Positions 10,456 through 20,976 of a stretch of 64,000 nucleotides of DNA are shown piece after piece. The DNA comes from Acutalibacteraceae bacterium. Lineage in GTDB: Bacteria; Bacillota; Clostridia; Oscillospirales; Acutalibacteraceae. Position 1 is the stretch's first letter, and each line of letters opens with the position of its first letter. The stretch is taken from NCBI GenBank assembly GCA_045592985.1, contig JAZNVU010000041.1, positions 76,557-140,556 on the forward strand, given 5' to 3'. The notes beneath the pieces were generated by a model. The model was not told the DNA's origin. It ran no database searches and saw nothing but the letters and a program-made list of their open reading frames with translations. Made by a program: the position numbers and the translations under genes.

Positions 10456-11826
10456 CTAACCTTTGTAATAGCGGTCAAGCATATCATCATCAATACGTTT
10501 AAGCTCGCTTCGGGGCAAAATCGACAACAACTGCCAACCGATATCCAGTGTTTCCTCTATACTGCGGTTAGCATTATAACCCTGGGAAACGTATTCTTTT
10601 TCAAACCTATCTGCAAACTCGGCATAAAGTTTATCAATATCCGTAAGAGCCGCTTCGCCCAGTATTACCATGAGTTCCTTAGCATCTTTACCTCTTGCAT
10701 ATGCAGCAAACAACTGGTTCATAGTGCTGGCATGGTCTTCACGGGTTCTGCCTTTGCCTATACCTTTATCCTTAAGACGTGACAGCGACGGCAAAACATC
10801 GACAGGCGGTGTTACACCCTTGCGGTAAAGTTCACGGCTGAGGATTATCTGACCCTCGGTAATATAACCTGTAAGGTCGGGAATAGGATGGGTCTTATCG
10901 TCTTCGGGCATGGTGAGAATCGGAATAAGCGTAATCGAACCGTCTTTGCCCTTAAGACGTCCCGCACGTTCGTACATGGTTGCAAGGTCGGTATACATAT
11001 AACCGGGGTAACCGCGACGTCCGGGTACCTCTTTACGTGCTGCCGAAACCTCACGCAAGGCGTCGGCATAGTTAGTAATATCGGTCATGATTACAAGTAC
11101 CTGCATACCGAGGTCAAATGCAAGGTATTCGGCGGCAGTAAGCGCCATACGCGGTGTTGCGATACGTTCGATAGCGGGGTCATTTGCAAGGTTTACAAAC
11201 ATAACGGTACGGTCAATAGCGCCGGTTTCACGGAAAGACTGAACAAAATAGTCCGATTCCTCAAACGTGATACCCATAGCGGCGAAAACAACAGCAAACT
11301 GCTCGTTATCTCCTCTAACGGCCGCCTGACGGGCAATTTGAGCTGCAAGTTGAGCATGAGGCAAACCTGAAGCCGAGAAAATCGGCAATTTCTGACCTCT
11401 TACCAGTGTATTAAGACCGTCAATAGCCGAAACACCGGTCTGAATAAATTCCTGCGGATAGTTTCTTGCTGCAGGATTCATGGGAGTTCCGTTAATGTCA
11501 AGTCTCTTTTCGGGGATAAGCTCGGGACCGCCGTCAGCAGGGTTACCCAAACCGTCGAAAACGCGCGACAACATGTCGGGAGAAACGGCAAGTTCCATGC
11601 TACGTCCCAAAAACCTTACCTTAGAACCTGCGAGGTTAATACCTGCAGCCGATTCAAAAAGCTGAACAAGTGCGTTGTTTCCGTTAACTTCAAGTACCTT
11701 GCAACGACGTTTTTCACCGTTCGGCAATTCTATTTCGCCAAGTTCGTCGTACTTAACGTTTTCAACATCACTTACCAACATAAGAGGTCCCGCGACCTCA
11801 CGGATAGTTCTATATTCCTTAGGCAT
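10456..11826 (-). CDS. ntpB: V-type ATPase subunit B
   Basis: 456-aa non-catalytic AAA-like nucleotide-binding subunit ([12 protein letters not shown]..., SASGLPH). Lies adjacent to subunit A. Confidence 0.93.
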   Translation of the reverse strand: MPKEYRTIREVAGPLMLVSDVENVKYDELGEIELPNGEKRRCKVLEVNGNNALVQLFESAAGINLAGSKVRFLGRSMELAVSPDMLSRVFDGLGNPADGGPELIPEKRLDINGTPMNPAARNYPQEFIQTGVSAIDGLNTLVRGQKLPIFSASGLPHAQLAAQIARQAAVRGDNEQFAVVFAAMGITFEESDYFVQSFRETGAIDRTVMFVNLANDPAIERIATPRMALTAAEYLAFDLGMQVLVIMTDITNYADALREVSAARKEVPGRRGYPGYMYTDLATMYERAGRLKGKDGSITLIPILTMPEDDKTHPIPDLTGYITEGQIILSRELYRKGVTPPVDVLPSLSRLKDKGIGKGRTREDHASTMNQLFAAYARGKDAKELMVILGEAALTDIDKLYAEFADRFEKEYVSQGYNANRSIEETLDIGWQLLSILPRSELKRIDDDMLDRYYKG

Positions 11827-11838
11827 CGGTATCCCTCC

Positions 11839-13605
11839 TTAATCTTCTTCTATCTTGGCTTCGGCAAGTTCTGCATCAAGTCTTGCTTCGATATCGGCAA
11901 GTTCCTCTGCGACCTTGTCCTCAGCAACGTATTTAAGACGGCCTATCTTTTCTCTTACCGGCAATGCAACTATCTTTCCGATGTCGCCACCGTTTTTAAG
12001 AGCATCGTCAGACTTATCATAGTAAGTTAAAATAGCCGTCATCATGGCATACTGTTTATCAAGTGAAGTATAGGTATCAACATCATGGAAAGCGTTCTGA
12101 TGCAGATAGTCTTCACGGATAGACCTTGCGGCTTCAAGTTTTAGTCGGTCGGCTGCCGACAAAGCATCCATACCAACAAGTTTTACTATTTCTTCAAGTT
12201 CGGCTTCTTCCTGCAAAAGCACCATCATACGGTTGCGAAGTTCCATCCAATCCGATTTAACGTTGCCGTCGAACCAATCGGACAGCATATCGGAATAGAG
12301 CGAATAACTTGTAAGCCAGTTAATAGCAGGAAAATGACGCTTATAGGCAAGTGCCGAATCAAGTCCCCAGAAAACCTTAACAATACGCAAGGTTGCCTGC
12401 GAAACAGGTTCAGAAATATCACCGCCGGGAGGCGAAACAGCACCGATAACCGACAAAGCACCTTCGGTATCTTCGGTTCCGTTGACAATTACACGACCTG
12501 CTCTTTCATAGAACTGAGCAAGACGGCTGCCGAGGTAGGCAGGATAACCTTCTTCACCCGGCATTTCTTCAAGTCGTCCCGACATTTCACGGAGAGCCTC
12601 TGCCCAACGTGAGGTCGAGTCAGCCATCAGTGCTACGGTGTAACCCATATCACGGAAATATTCGGCAATGGTAATACCGGTGTAAATAGAAGCCTCACGG
12701 GCCGCAACCGGCATATCTGATGTATTGGCAATAAGAACGGTTCTTTCCATAAGTGAACTGCCCGTTCTGGGGTCTTTAAGTTCGGGGAATTCGTTAAGAA
12801 CGTCGGTCATTTCGTTGCCGCGTTCACCGCAACCGATGTAAACGATAATATCGGCAGCCGCCCATTTTGCGAGTTGGTGCTGTACAACTGTTTTACCTGA
12901 ACCGAAAGGTCCCGGAACAGCAGCGACACCGCCTTTGGCTATAGGGAACATGGTATCGACAACGCGTTGACCGGTAACAAGCGGAATATCCGGCGAGAGT
13001 TTGCGTTTATAAGGACGTCCTACACGAACAGGCCAACGTTGCATCAACGTTACTCTGATTTCCTCACCGTTTTCGGCTTTTACGGTAGCAACCGTATCTT
13101 CTACGGTGTAATCCCCTTCGGCAATGCTTACAACAACGCCATCACATCCCTTTGGAGCCATAACTTTATGAAGTACTACAGCCGTTTCATTAACAGTACC
13201 TAAAGTGTCACCAAACCGGACGGTATCACCAACGACTACTTTTGGAGTAAAATGCCATTTCTTGTCTCGGTCGAGTTTCGGAACATCGACACCTCGGTTG
13301 AGGTTAGTTCCGCTGACCTCCATAATTTTGGCAAGAGGACGCTGAATTCCGTCAAATATTGAACCGATAAGACCGGGTCCTAATTCAACCGACAGAGGCA
13401 TGCCGGTGCTGACAACCTCTTCGCCTGGACCCAGACCCGAAGTTTCCTCATAAACCTGAATTGAAGCACGGTCACCGTGCATTTCAATTATTTCGCCGAT
13501 AAGTTTGCTTTCACTTACACGCACAACGTCAAACATATTGGCATCGCGCATGCCCTCTGCGATTACAAGAGGACCGGCAACCTTAACTATTGTTCCGTTA
13601 GCCAT
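11839..13605 (-). CDS. ntpA: V-type ATPase catalytic subunit A
   Basis: Walker A GPFGSGKT and a typical A-subunit non-homologous insert. I place the start at ATG 13605 (MANGTIVKV), 8 nt after a GGAGA RBS. The track start at 13623 overlaps the subunit F stop and lacks an RBS. Confidence 0.92.
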   Translation of the reverse strand: MANGTIVKVAGPLVIAEGMRDANMFDVVRVSESKLIGEIIEMHGDRASIQVYEETSGLGPGEEVVSTGMPLSVELGPGLIGSIFDGIQRPLAKIMEVSGTNLNRGVDVPKLDRDKKWHFTPKVVVGDTVRFGDTLGTVNETAVVLHKVMAPKGCDGVVVSIAEGDYTVEDTVATVKAENGEEIRVTLMQRWPVRVGRPYKRKLSPDIPLVTGQRVVDTMFPIAKGGVAAVPGPFGSGKTVVQHQLAKWAAADIIVYIGCGERGNEMTDVLNEFPELKDPRTGSSLMERTVLIANTSDMPVAAREASIYTGITIAEYFRDMGYTVALMADSTSRWAEALREMSGRLEEMPGEEGYPAYLGSRLAQFYERAGRVIVNGTEDTEGALSVIGAVSPPGGDISEPVSQATLRIVKVFWGLDSALAYKRHFPAINWLTSYSLYSDMLSDWFDGNVKSDWMELRNRMMVLLQEEAELEEIVKLVGMDALSAADRLKLEAARSIREDYLHQNAFHDVDTYTSLDKQYAMMTAILTYYDKSDDALKNGGDIGKIVALPVREKIGRLKYVAEDKVAEELADIEARLDAELAEAKIEED

Positions 13606-13619
13606 AATTATTCTCCATC

Positions 13620-13940
13620 TCAATCGTTAAAGATTATATCCGAACCGACGGCTTTTTCCACCGATTCGCTGAGTCTTTTTATACCGTAACCGGTATTTCC
13701 TTTAATACCGGGAATCGGAATGACGGCGGGGCTCATAACCTCGTCAAACTTTGCAATGTCTTTTTTAAGAAGTTCGGCGTATTCTTCGGTAATATATACA
13801 ACACCGTAAACTCCGCCGTTTGTTATTTTTTTAAATGATTCGTGTGCCGAATCGTAATCGGTACACGGGAAAATATCGAGACCTACTGCAGAGAAACCCT
13901 TTATGCTGTCGATATCCCCCAAAACGGCAATTCTAATCAT
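13620..13940 (-). CDS. V-type ATPase subunit F (E. hirae NtpG equivalent)
   Basis: 106 aa ([24 protein letters not shown]...). Sits between subunits C and A. Confidence 0.85.
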   Translation of the reverse strand: MIRIAVLGDIDSIKGFSAVGLDIFPCTDYDSAHESFKKITNGGVYGVVYITEEYAELLKKDIAKFDEVMSPAVIPIPGIKGNTGYGIKRLSESVEKAVGSDIIFND

Positions 13941-14883
13941 AAAGTTCCCTCAGTCTTTCTGCAATTACGGTTTCGCCTGCCTCGGTACGAATACCCGAAG
14001 CCAGCATTAAAACTGCTCTTATCTCGGCAAGTTTTGCAAAAACATACCCAATAATAACATCGGGGCCTGAACTTATCAATTTGGCTTTTTTAGTGACCGA
14101 CATAAGGCAGTTATCAGCGTATTTTTCAAACTCTGTCGACGATTTTTTAAAGTTGATTGCCGCCTGCTCATCAAAGTTTTCGAGCCACTCTGTAACCGCT
14201 TGGCTACCTTCTAAAGCAGCATTTTTAAGTGATTCAACCTTCGAAGGAAAGTATAGCGTTTTATTATAAAAATCGACGTCTTTTTGTGCTTTTGCACCTC
14301 TTAAAGCGACCTTAATGTTTTCGAAAAGTACCTTGGTCTCAATGTATTCACGAAGTAACGGAGATGCCTTTTTCACCGACTCCAAGGATGCTTTCATACG
14401 ACTTTTATCCAGCATTCCGTCAACAAGCTGAGCATCGCCAGTCGCAGCAAGCAATGTGTAGCCCTCGCTTGCATCGTCAGCACAAAACTCAGGCAACAAA
14501 TGAAATCTTTTTTCTTTCACCGCTGTTTCCAGTACGTCAATATCAATAACCGAAGGAGAAAGCAACAGATGCTTATATTCCCTGCCGGATAAAACGCCTT
14601 TTATAACGGTTTTTAAGTTGTGATAATCGTTATCGAGTAAAAAAGGGTCGAAAACCGAAAAATCGGCTGCCGTGCTCTTTACGTATTCCCATAAAGCAGC
14701 GGTTTCGAATTTTGCCATTTCTTCAACCGTGGCTGCTGAACCGCCAAACCCTTTGTCCGACAGTTCCTGAACAAGCTGCTTTTCGTTGTTTAAACCCGCG
14801 AACTCCAGCAATTCTTGTCTTTTCATAAGCAAGCCTTCTCTTGCACGGACATTTCCAACCGAAAAGCCCCAGGATAAAGACAC
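13933..14883 (-). CDS. ntpC: V-type ATPase subunit C (archaeal/bacterial d-type)
   Basis: About 316-aa helical protein in the E-C-F-A order. The start is probably GTG 14883, 8 nt after AAGGGAGG. The track start at 14892 lies inside that RBS. Confidence 0.85.
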   Translation of the reverse strand: MSLSWGFSVGNVRAREGLLMKRQELLEFAGLNNEKQLVQELSDKGFGGSAATVEEMAKFETAALWEYVKSTAADFSVFDPFLLDNDYHNLKTVIKGVLSGREYKHLLLSPSVIDIDVLETAVKEKRFHLLPEFCADDASEGYTLLAATGDAQLVDGMLDKSRMKASLESVKKASPLLREYIETKVLFENIKVALRGAKAQKDVDFYNKTLYFPSKVESLKNAALEGSQAVTEWLENFDEQAAINFKKSSTEFEKYADNCLMSVTKKAKLISSGPDVIIGYVFAKLAEIRAVLMLASGIRTEAGETVIAERLRELYD

Positions 14884-14901
14884 TAAAGTCACCTCCCTTT
14901 T

Positions 14902-15477
14902 TTAGAAAAGTTCTTTATTTATGATATCGGTCAATTCCTCTTTTTTCTCGGCAATAAGAGCCTTGAAATCAGCATTCTGCTCGATATCCTTATATTTCAG
15001 AATAAAACCACCGACTATCGAGTTATCCACCTCGGTCGATACAGTTATATTAAGTTTGGCAAGATTTTTCTCAAAATCAGCCGGCACACGCTCAATATCC
15101 TTGCTGTTTAAAAACATTATGCCTTGTTCCTTTGTTGCATAACGTTTTGCAAGGGATAAAAGCACATCAAAATACTCATTTGAGGGCAAAGAGGTGAGAT
15201 GCTGTTCCAAAGCGATAAGAGTTTTTTCAATTTCCTCTCTCTTTTGGAGCAACATAGCATTTCTAACCGAAAGTTTTGCAGCTGAAATTGCCGACTCATC
15301 GGTTACGGCGGCTTTTTTATCGGCTGCGGCCTTGAGTTCGCAAAGTGCTTTGTCTGCCATTGCCTTACCGTCGGCAGCAATATTCTCTGCCTGCATTTTG
15401 GCATCGGCAATTATTGCCTTGGCCTGTTCGGTTGCCTCTGTAATGATGCGCTGTGTGATTTTTTCACTTGCGGTCAT
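14902..15477 (-). CDS. ntpE: V-type ATPase subunit E (peripheral stalk)
   Basis: 191 aa. Long Ala/Lys/Glu-rich N-terminal helix plus a globular C-terminal domain. Operon position. Confidence 0.85.
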   Translation of the reverse strand: MTASEKITQRIITEATEQAKAIIADAKMQAENIAADGKAMADKALCELKAAADKKAAVTDESAISAAKLSVRNAMLLQKREEIEKTLIALEQHLTSLPSNEYFDVLLSLAKRYATKEQGIMFLNSKDIERVPADFEKNLAKLNITVSTEVDNSIVGGFILKYKDIEQNADFKALIAEKKEELTDIINKELF

Positions 15478-15504
15478 TTAAATTCAATCCTTTACAACAA
15501 GTTA

Positions 15505-15987
15505 TCAGACACCGATACCGCCAATTGCAATAACTGAAAGAAGCGATACGATAAAGGCAAGAAGAGCGTAAATTTCAACAAGGGTGGTCGAAACCATTGC
15601 CTTAGAGAACTCAGAAGGTTTCTTTGCGCAAAGTGCAATACCGGTGGCAGCAGCATTACCCTGAGCAATACCCGAGAAAAGACCACCAATACCAATAGGC
15701 AACGACGCGGCAAAATAGAGCCAACCCTGAGCAGTTGTTACAGCCGAAGCGTCTCCGCCCAAAACGCCAATGTTGATGAGTATCATAAATGTAATAATAA
15801 ATCCATAAAGTCCCTGAGTACCGGGAAGGAGTTCAAGAACAAGCAATTTACCGAACATGGACGGATTCTCAGAAAGAACTCCCATACCGACCTCGGTCGC
15901 TTTACCTACGCCCTTAGCCGAACCTATACCTGCCAAAGCAGTTGCCAATGCTGCACCTATAAGTGCAAGAACTACACCCTGTGTCAT
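15505..15987 (-). CDS. ntpK: V-type ATPase proteolipid subunit K (double hairpin, 4 TM)
   Basis: 160 aa. Contains LLPGTQGLYGF, IAQGNAA and LVEIYALLAF, which match the ion-site residues of E. hirae NtpK. Confidence 0.9.
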   Translation of the reverse strand: MTQGVVLALIGAALATALAGIGSAKGVGKATEVGMGVLSENPSMFGKLLVLELLPGTQGLYGFIITFMILINIGVLGGDASAVTTAQGWLYFAASLPIGIGGLFSGIAQGNAAATGIALCAKKPSEFSKAMVSTTLVEIYALLAFIVSLLSVIAIGGIGV

Positions 15988-15989
15988 AA

Positions 15990-17960
15990 TTATTTATCCT
16001 CCTTGAATCTTGTATATTTACTGTTATGAGCAAACGGCTTGAAAGGTTTGCCGCCGCCCTCGTAAAACTTTCCAAACAGCTCTACGTACTGCAGACGAAG
16101 CGTATGAACATATGCACCGAGAGCGTTGAGAGCAAAGCTGAGAAGATGCCCGACCGTGAATATAACGAACATTATAAGCGCGCCTACAACACTTCTTCCG
16201 CCCATGGCACCAAGCATATTGAAAACCTGACCCATCGCGGCGGTGGTAAGACCCAACGCCATAAGACGTGAAAATGACATAAGGTCGCTTATATATCCCG
16301 TTATATCGTAAAGTCCGCCTATGCCAGAAATAATACCTGCAGGACCTTTCGTGCGGACACCGTTTGCAATTATCATAAGTGCTCCGACTATTGCCATTAC
16401 GCCGCCTATGGGGGTCAGTATTGCGATACCGCCGAGAATTCCTACCGCCAACACACCGATACCTAAAAGTATAAGTATCCAACTGCCGGTTTCAAATACC
16501 GCATCGGTTAGCGACTGATGGCGGACCGTATTTAAAAACTTAACAATAAGTCCCGTCATGATAACCACAAATCCCATTGCAACACTTATTATAAATAACT
16601 CTATTGCTTGATTCATTGGGTTTATGGGCCACGGCGGCAATGTCACGCCGAAGAAATTTTCGGATATTACCCATATTGCGTCACCGAAGAAACTTCCGAA
16701 GATTACACCCCAGAAAACGGTAGAGATTCCGCAGTATATAAACAGTTTGAGTGACCTTGCCATACCTTTTTCGGGTTGGAATTTTTTTAACAAGAACCAA
16801 GATCCCAGTGCCAACAGCAAACCGTAGCCTGCGTCAGACAGCATCATGCCGAAAAAGAAATAATAGAAGAAACTCATAACCGGCGTAGGGTCGATATCAT
16901 CCTTGCCAGGCAATGAATAAAGTTCCGTAAGACCCGCTGCAGGTGCCGTAAAGGCATTGTTTTTGAGTGCTACGGGAACGTCCTCCTCGGTGGGGTCTTC
17001 TATCTCAACCGCCGCCGTAAAGTTGGACTCAAGATGCTCTTTGAGTTGGTATGCTTTACTCTCATCAATATAGCCTTTTAAGATAAAGACGTTTTTAGAG
17101 TGCTCAAGCGTTCCTATCGCACGGTACTTGTCGGCACGAACATTAAAATAGTCGGCTACAAGTTCCATGTCTTCCCTGAGTTCTGCCATATCTGTTATGA
17201 CTTTTTTGAAGTTTTCCTGTTTGCGCTCAGTTTCAAGCAATCTTTCTCTTAACTCAGCAATTTTTTCTTTAGGCACCTTAGTGGTTGCCTGCGGCGGTCT
17301 TGCAAAACCAAGTTCCCGCAAGACCTGAGTCATTCTATCCCCTTGAGAACGCGGACACACAAGGAAAATATTCGTCTGCTCCTCATTGGCAGATATCTTT
17401 TCCACAGAAAACTCAAGTTCGCTGTCAGCCGAGGCAATGCTTTCAGCTATTTCGCTTTCGGTTCGGTTTTTAGGTAACGAACCCACAAAACCCACCGTTC
17501 GCTTTGTGCCCGAAAACTGCTGTGAAACATCTAGCGTTTCCCATGGAAGAAGTGACTCTATCCTTGCCAGCAATCTCGCTTTTTCGGCAGCACATTCAGT
17601 AAAACCTGCCGATGCTTTAACCACCTCATGACATTTTTGCATGATTTCGGCATTTTTGGCTACTGCCTCAGCATATTGTTCGTCGGTTATTATTCTTCGA
17701 CCTGAGAACGAGGCTAACAATCCGCCGTTTTTCGGGACGTATTCGTCGATAATTTCAACCGCCTTTTCAGCCGTAGCAGCATTTCGTTCGAAACCGTTTG
17801 CAGACTGTGTGGTATCAAGCCTTTCGAAACCGTCTTCTGCCTTTTCGTTCTCCATACGAGTAATGTCCACCGTGCCTTGCCGTTGAAGATACTCTATTAA
17901 CTTTTTTCGCTCACTTCTCAGTGCAAAAACGGTCACGCTTTTCATTATGACCTTTGCCAA
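15990..17960 (-). CDS. ntpI: V-type ATPase subunit I (a-type stator)
   Basis: 656 aa. Soluble N-terminal half plus a polytopic C-terminal half containing the conserved HTLRLQYVELF arginine motif. Confidence 0.9.
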   Translation of the reverse strand: MAKVIMKSVTVFALRSERKKLIEYLQRQGTVDITRMENEKAEDGFERLDTTQSANGFERNAATAEKAVEIIDEYVPKNGGLLASFSGRRIITDEQYAEAVAKNAEIMQKCHEVVKASAGFTECAAEKARLLARIESLLPWETLDVSQQFSGTKRTVGFVGSLPKNRTESEIAESIASADSELEFSVEKISANEEQTNIFLVCPRSQGDRMTQVLRELGFARPPQATTKVPKEKIAELRERLLETERKQENFKKVITDMAELREDMELVADYFNVRADKYRAIGTLEHSKNVFILKGYIDESKAYQLKEHLESNFTAAVEIEDPTEEDVPVALKNNAFTAPAAGLTELYSLPGKDDIDPTPVMSFFYYFFFGMMLSDAGYGLLLALGSWFLLKKFQPEKGMARSLKLFIYCGISTVFWGVIFGSFFGDAIWVISENFFGVTLPPWPINPMNQAIELFIISVAMGFVVIMTGLIVKFLNTVRHQSLTDAVFETGSWILILLGIGVLAVGILGGIAILTPIGGVMAIVGALMIIANGVRTKGPAGIISGIGGLYDITGYISDLMSFSRLMALGLTTAAMGQVFNMLGAMGGRSVVGALIMFVIFTVGHLLSFALNALGAYVHTLRLQYVELFGKFYEGGGKPFKPFAHNSKYTRFKEDK

Positions 17961-18003
17961 ATCAAATCACCACGCTTAAATTTCTTTTTGTACCAAATCA
18001 AAT

Positions 18004-18315
18004 TCAGCCCAACAGACAGTCAACACATTTTTTGACAGCCGCATCACGCTTGGACGATGCCGCCATAGAAATGGCATTACCCTGCTCCTCGATTTGACTT
18101 TTGGCTGACGCAACTGCATCCTCGGCCGCCTGTTTAGACTTTACTGCCAGTTCCTCTGCATAATCGTTTGCCCTTTTCTTGGCTTCAGCCATAAGCGCAA
18201 CCGACTGCTCTTCTGCCTGAGTCTTGATTTTTAAAGCCTGCTCCTCGGAATCGGCAATTATCTGTTCGGCTTCCTGCTCGGTTTTTTTAATAAGTTCAAT
18301 GGTTTCTTGTGCCAT
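18004..18315 (-). CDS. V-type ATPase subunit G/H-like peripheral stalk protein (E. hirae NtpF equivalent)
   Basis: 103 aa, essentially one Ala/Glu/Lys-rich helix. It is the first gene of the operon. Confidence 0.7.
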   Translation of the reverse strand: MAQETIELIKKTEQEAEQIIADSEEQALKIKTQAEEQSVALMAEAKKRANDYAEELAVKSKQAAEDAVASAKSQIEEQGNAISMAASSKRDAAVKKCVDCLLG

Positions 18316-18334
18316 AGGTACACTCCCATCATTG

Positions 18335-18363
18335 TAATACTGCTATTTTACAACGAAATTGAA
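18335..18363 (-). promoter_or_regulatory. candidate sigma-A promoter of the V-ATPase operon
   Basis: Minus strand shows TTGCAA, a 17-nt spacer and TAAAAT, about 20-45 nt upstream of the first gene. Confidence 0.45.
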
Positions 18364-18604
18364 TCAGTTGCAAGAGGAAATTGTTAAATTTTTAATTATT
18401 GAACAATAAAACCAAAAAAATAACTTTTTTACACATCAAAATGTGCTGGATAACCACTTCACTTAAGATAATTAAGTTTTGAGTTAAAAAAATATATTAT
18501 TTTTTGAAAAAATATCAAAAACACATCTTCTTTTTTGGAAAGAAGTTTGGTATAATATATGTAATAATGTCTAAATTCATATTATATCACGTGGAGGCGC
18601 CATT

Positions 18605-19363
18605 ATGTATACCCAAATCGGCGACTTGAAAATACATTATTTAGAACAAGGCTCGGGACCCGACGTGCTTATGCTACACGGTTGGGGTGCCTCGGCCGAA
18701 AGTTTCAGAAGTATCATTGGTGCTTTGCAGGACAGGTGCCATATTGTAGCACTTGACTTTCCCGGTTGCGGTGAGAGTGACCTGCCAAACAAACCACTTG
18801 ACATTAACGATTATGTATTTTTGGTACTTGAATTTTGCAATAAGTTAAACCTTGATAATCCTATACTCATAGGTCACTCTCACGGTTGCCGTGTTATTAT
18901 GAAAATGTGCGGTACAGGACTTATGAGCCCGCCTAAAATTGTCTTTATCGACGGAGCAGGTTTAAAGCCTAAATTCAACCTGAAAAAGTCGGTTAAGGTT
19001 GCCACGTTTAAAACAATCAGAAAAGTATTTGAACTTCCCGTTTTCGGTCAAAAGGGAAAAGATATCGTCAGCAAAGCGCGTTCGCATTTTGGCTCTGCCG
19101 ATTACAGTTCGGCACCCGAAGTTATGCGCAAAACAATGGTGAAACTTGTCAACGACGATATGACCCCTTATGTTCCCTACATCACAGCGTCTACCTTGCT
19201 TATATGGGGCGAAAACGATACAGCAACACCTCTTTACATGGCTCATAAATTAGAAAAAATGATTAAGGACTGCGGTCTTTGTGTTATAAAAGGCACAGGT
19301 CATTGGTCGTTTGCCGAAAAGCCTTTGGAAGTAAACGCTATTTTGCGCAGTTTTATTCCGTAA
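18605..19363 (+). CDS. alpha/beta-fold hydrolase
   Basis: 252 aa. HGWG oxyanion motif, GHSHG nucleophile elbow and a C-terminal GHW histidine. An extended -10 (TGGTATAAT) lies upstream at about 18549-18557. Confidence 0.8.
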   Translation: MYTQIGDLKIHYLEQGSGPDVLMLHGWGASAESFRSIIGALQDRCHIVALDFPGCGESDLPNKPLDINDYVFLVLEFCNKLNLDNPILIGHSHGCRVIMKMCGTGLMSPPKIVFIDGAGLKPKFNLKKSVKVATFKTIRKVFELPVFGQKGKDIVSKARSHFGSADYSSAPEVMRKTMVKLVNDDMTPYVPYITASTLLIWGENDTATPLYMAHKLEKMIKDCGLCVIKGTGHWSFAEKPLEVNAILRSFIP

Positions 19364-19380
19364 ATTAGGAGCAATATATT

Positions 19381-20964
19381 ATGGATTTGATTTTGAAAAT
19401 TGCATTTGCTGTGGCAGTTGCCGTTTTCGGCACGTTGGGTCTTACACGTCAATATCAGATGCTTCAGCAAAACTCATATTTTTTGTCGCGATATTTTCGT
19501 TGGTATAAAGGTGCTTTCAGCACTTTCGATATTGTGACAGTTTTGCTGTCGGTTTTAGGTGCGGTAGCAATAGGTCTTGGCGTGACTGCCGAAGTTTCAA
19601 CTTTTAATGTTGTTAACTCGACCGTTCTAGTTGCTGTCACCTTGCTTTTTAGCCTGATTTCAATAAACAAAAACAAAAAATCAATCAAAAAATTAGTCCT
19701 TACTGCAAGGGTTAAACGCATGATAACCGCAGGAGCAGTTATTTTCTGTATCCTTGCTGTTTTATCGGTGGTTTTAGGCAAAGTTTTCGCTATTTTGCTT
19801 TATGTTTGTGCGGTGTACTCTCCAATAGTCACCGTATTATCGCTACTTGTAATGAAACCGATTGAAAAGGCCATTTCCAACTACTATGTGTACGATGCAA
19901 AGAAGATTTTGCGTGAACATAAAAACCTTAAGGTTATAGGTGTTACGGGCAGTTACGGTAAAACAAGCACTAAATTTATTTTGGGACGTATTCTTAACGA
20001 AAAATACAATACCCTTGTAACCCCCGAAAACTACAACACACCAATGGGTGTTGTTATAACTGTCAGGAACTTTTTAAAACCGCAGACAGAAATTTTTGTT
20101 TGCGAAATGGGTGCTAAACGTAAAGGCGACATTGCCGAGGTTTGCGACATTGCCGACCCCGACCTTGGAATAATCACCTCGGTAGGTCCCCAACACCTTG
20201 ATACTTTCGGTAATATCGAAACGGTGGTCTCCACCAAATTTGAACTTGCCGACCGTGTAAAATCCAAAAACGGCAAAATGTTCTTAAATGCCGATAACGA
20301 ACTTATACGGCAAAAATGCGCTGACTACGATTGCATAACCTACGGCACTACCGACTGTGACTGTATGGCAGAAAATGTGTCTTACTCACCGTCGGGTCTG
20401 ACCCTTACAATAAAGCACGGTGACAAGTGTTTCAACGTCACTTCTAAACTGTTAGGACTGCACAACGCACTTAACATAACCGCCGCTGCGGCTGTGGCTT
20501 TGCATTTGAGGTTGAGCCCTGAAGAAATAGCCTTTGCGGTATCAAAACTAAAACCCATAGAGCACCGTTTGGAACTTAAAAATTATATAAACGGTGCAAC
20601 ACTTATTGATGATGCATACAACTCCAACCCTGAGGGTTGCTTAGAGGCTGTAAGGGTTTTGGGCAGTTTTGACGGCATGAAAAAAATTCTTGTAACCCCC
20701 GGTCTTGTTGAACTGGGTGACAAAGAATTTGAGTGCAACAAGCGATTGGGTTCCGAGGCGGCAAAACACGCTGATGTGATAATACTCGTAGGCAAAAAAC
20801 GTTCGGTACCCATTGCCGAAGGTATTAATGAAACAGGATTTAATAACGAAAATCTTTTTGTTGTTTCCTCGTTTGCCGAAGCCGTTAAGGTTTTTACCCC
20901 TATGTGTGATAACAAAACCGTTCTTCTTTTCGAGAACGATTTGCCAGACAACTATCTTGAATAA
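19381..20964 (+). CDS. murF: Mur ligase, MurF-like (UDP-MurNAc-tripeptide--D-Ala-D-Ala ligase family) with an N-terminal polytopic membrane domain
   Basis: 527 aa. Residues 1-160 form 4-5 hydrophobic helices. The P-loop GVTGSYGKTSTK lies at 188-199. Mur ligase middle and C-terminal domains follow (DDAYNSNPEG, PGLVELG). ddl is immediately downstream. Confidence 0.75.
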   Translation: MDLILKIAFAVAVAVFGTLGLTRQYQMLQQNSYFLSRYFRWYKGAFSTFDIVTVLLSVLGAVAIGLGVTAEVSTFNVVNSTVLVAVTLLFSLISINKNKKSIKKLVLTARVKRMITAGAVIFCILAVLSVVLGKVFAILLYVCAVYSPIVTVLSLLVMKPIEKAISNYYVYDAKKILREHKNLKVIGVTGSYGKTSTKFILGRILNEKYNTLVTPENYNTPMGVVITVRNFLKPQTEIFVCEMGAKRKGDIAEVCDIADPDLGIITSVGPQHLDTFGNIETVVSTKFELADRVKSKNGKMFLNADNELIRQKCADYDCITYGTTDCDCMAENVSYSPSGLTLTIKHGDKCFNVTSKLLGLHNALNITAAAAVALHLRLSPEEIAFAVSKLKPIEHRLELKNYINGATLIDDAYNSNPEGCLEAVRVLGSFDGMKKILVTPGLVELGDKEFECNKRLGSEAAKHADVIILVGKKRSVPIAEGINETGFNNENLFVVSSFAEAVKVFTPMCDNKTVLLFENDLPDNYLE

Positions 20965-20976
20965 GGAGAATTTTTT

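Noticed and set aside
13606-13623. Upstream-extended starts given by the track: 13623 for ntpA, 33262 for parB, 28701 for the GNAT, 28695 for araC, 62329 for the giant SBP and 23463 for pckG.
   Set aside because: In each case an internal ATG is preceded by a good GGAGG-type RBS. The extension either overlaps the upstream gene or a hairpin, or adds a non-signal sequence in front of a signal peptide.
16024-16482. A 152-aa Arg/Tyr/Cys-rich ORF in an alternative minus-strand frame within ntpI.
   Set aside because: It is an out-of-frame overlap with a conserved membrane subunit. Its composition is typical of a frame-shifted reading of hydrophobic-protein coding sequence.
9786-18315. The V-ATPase operon considered as a horizontally acquired island, because it replaces rpsB-tsf upstream of pyrH.
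   Set aside because: There are no flanking repeats, integrase or tRNA, and I could see no obvious compositional break by eye. V-type ATPases are common core genes in Clostridia.
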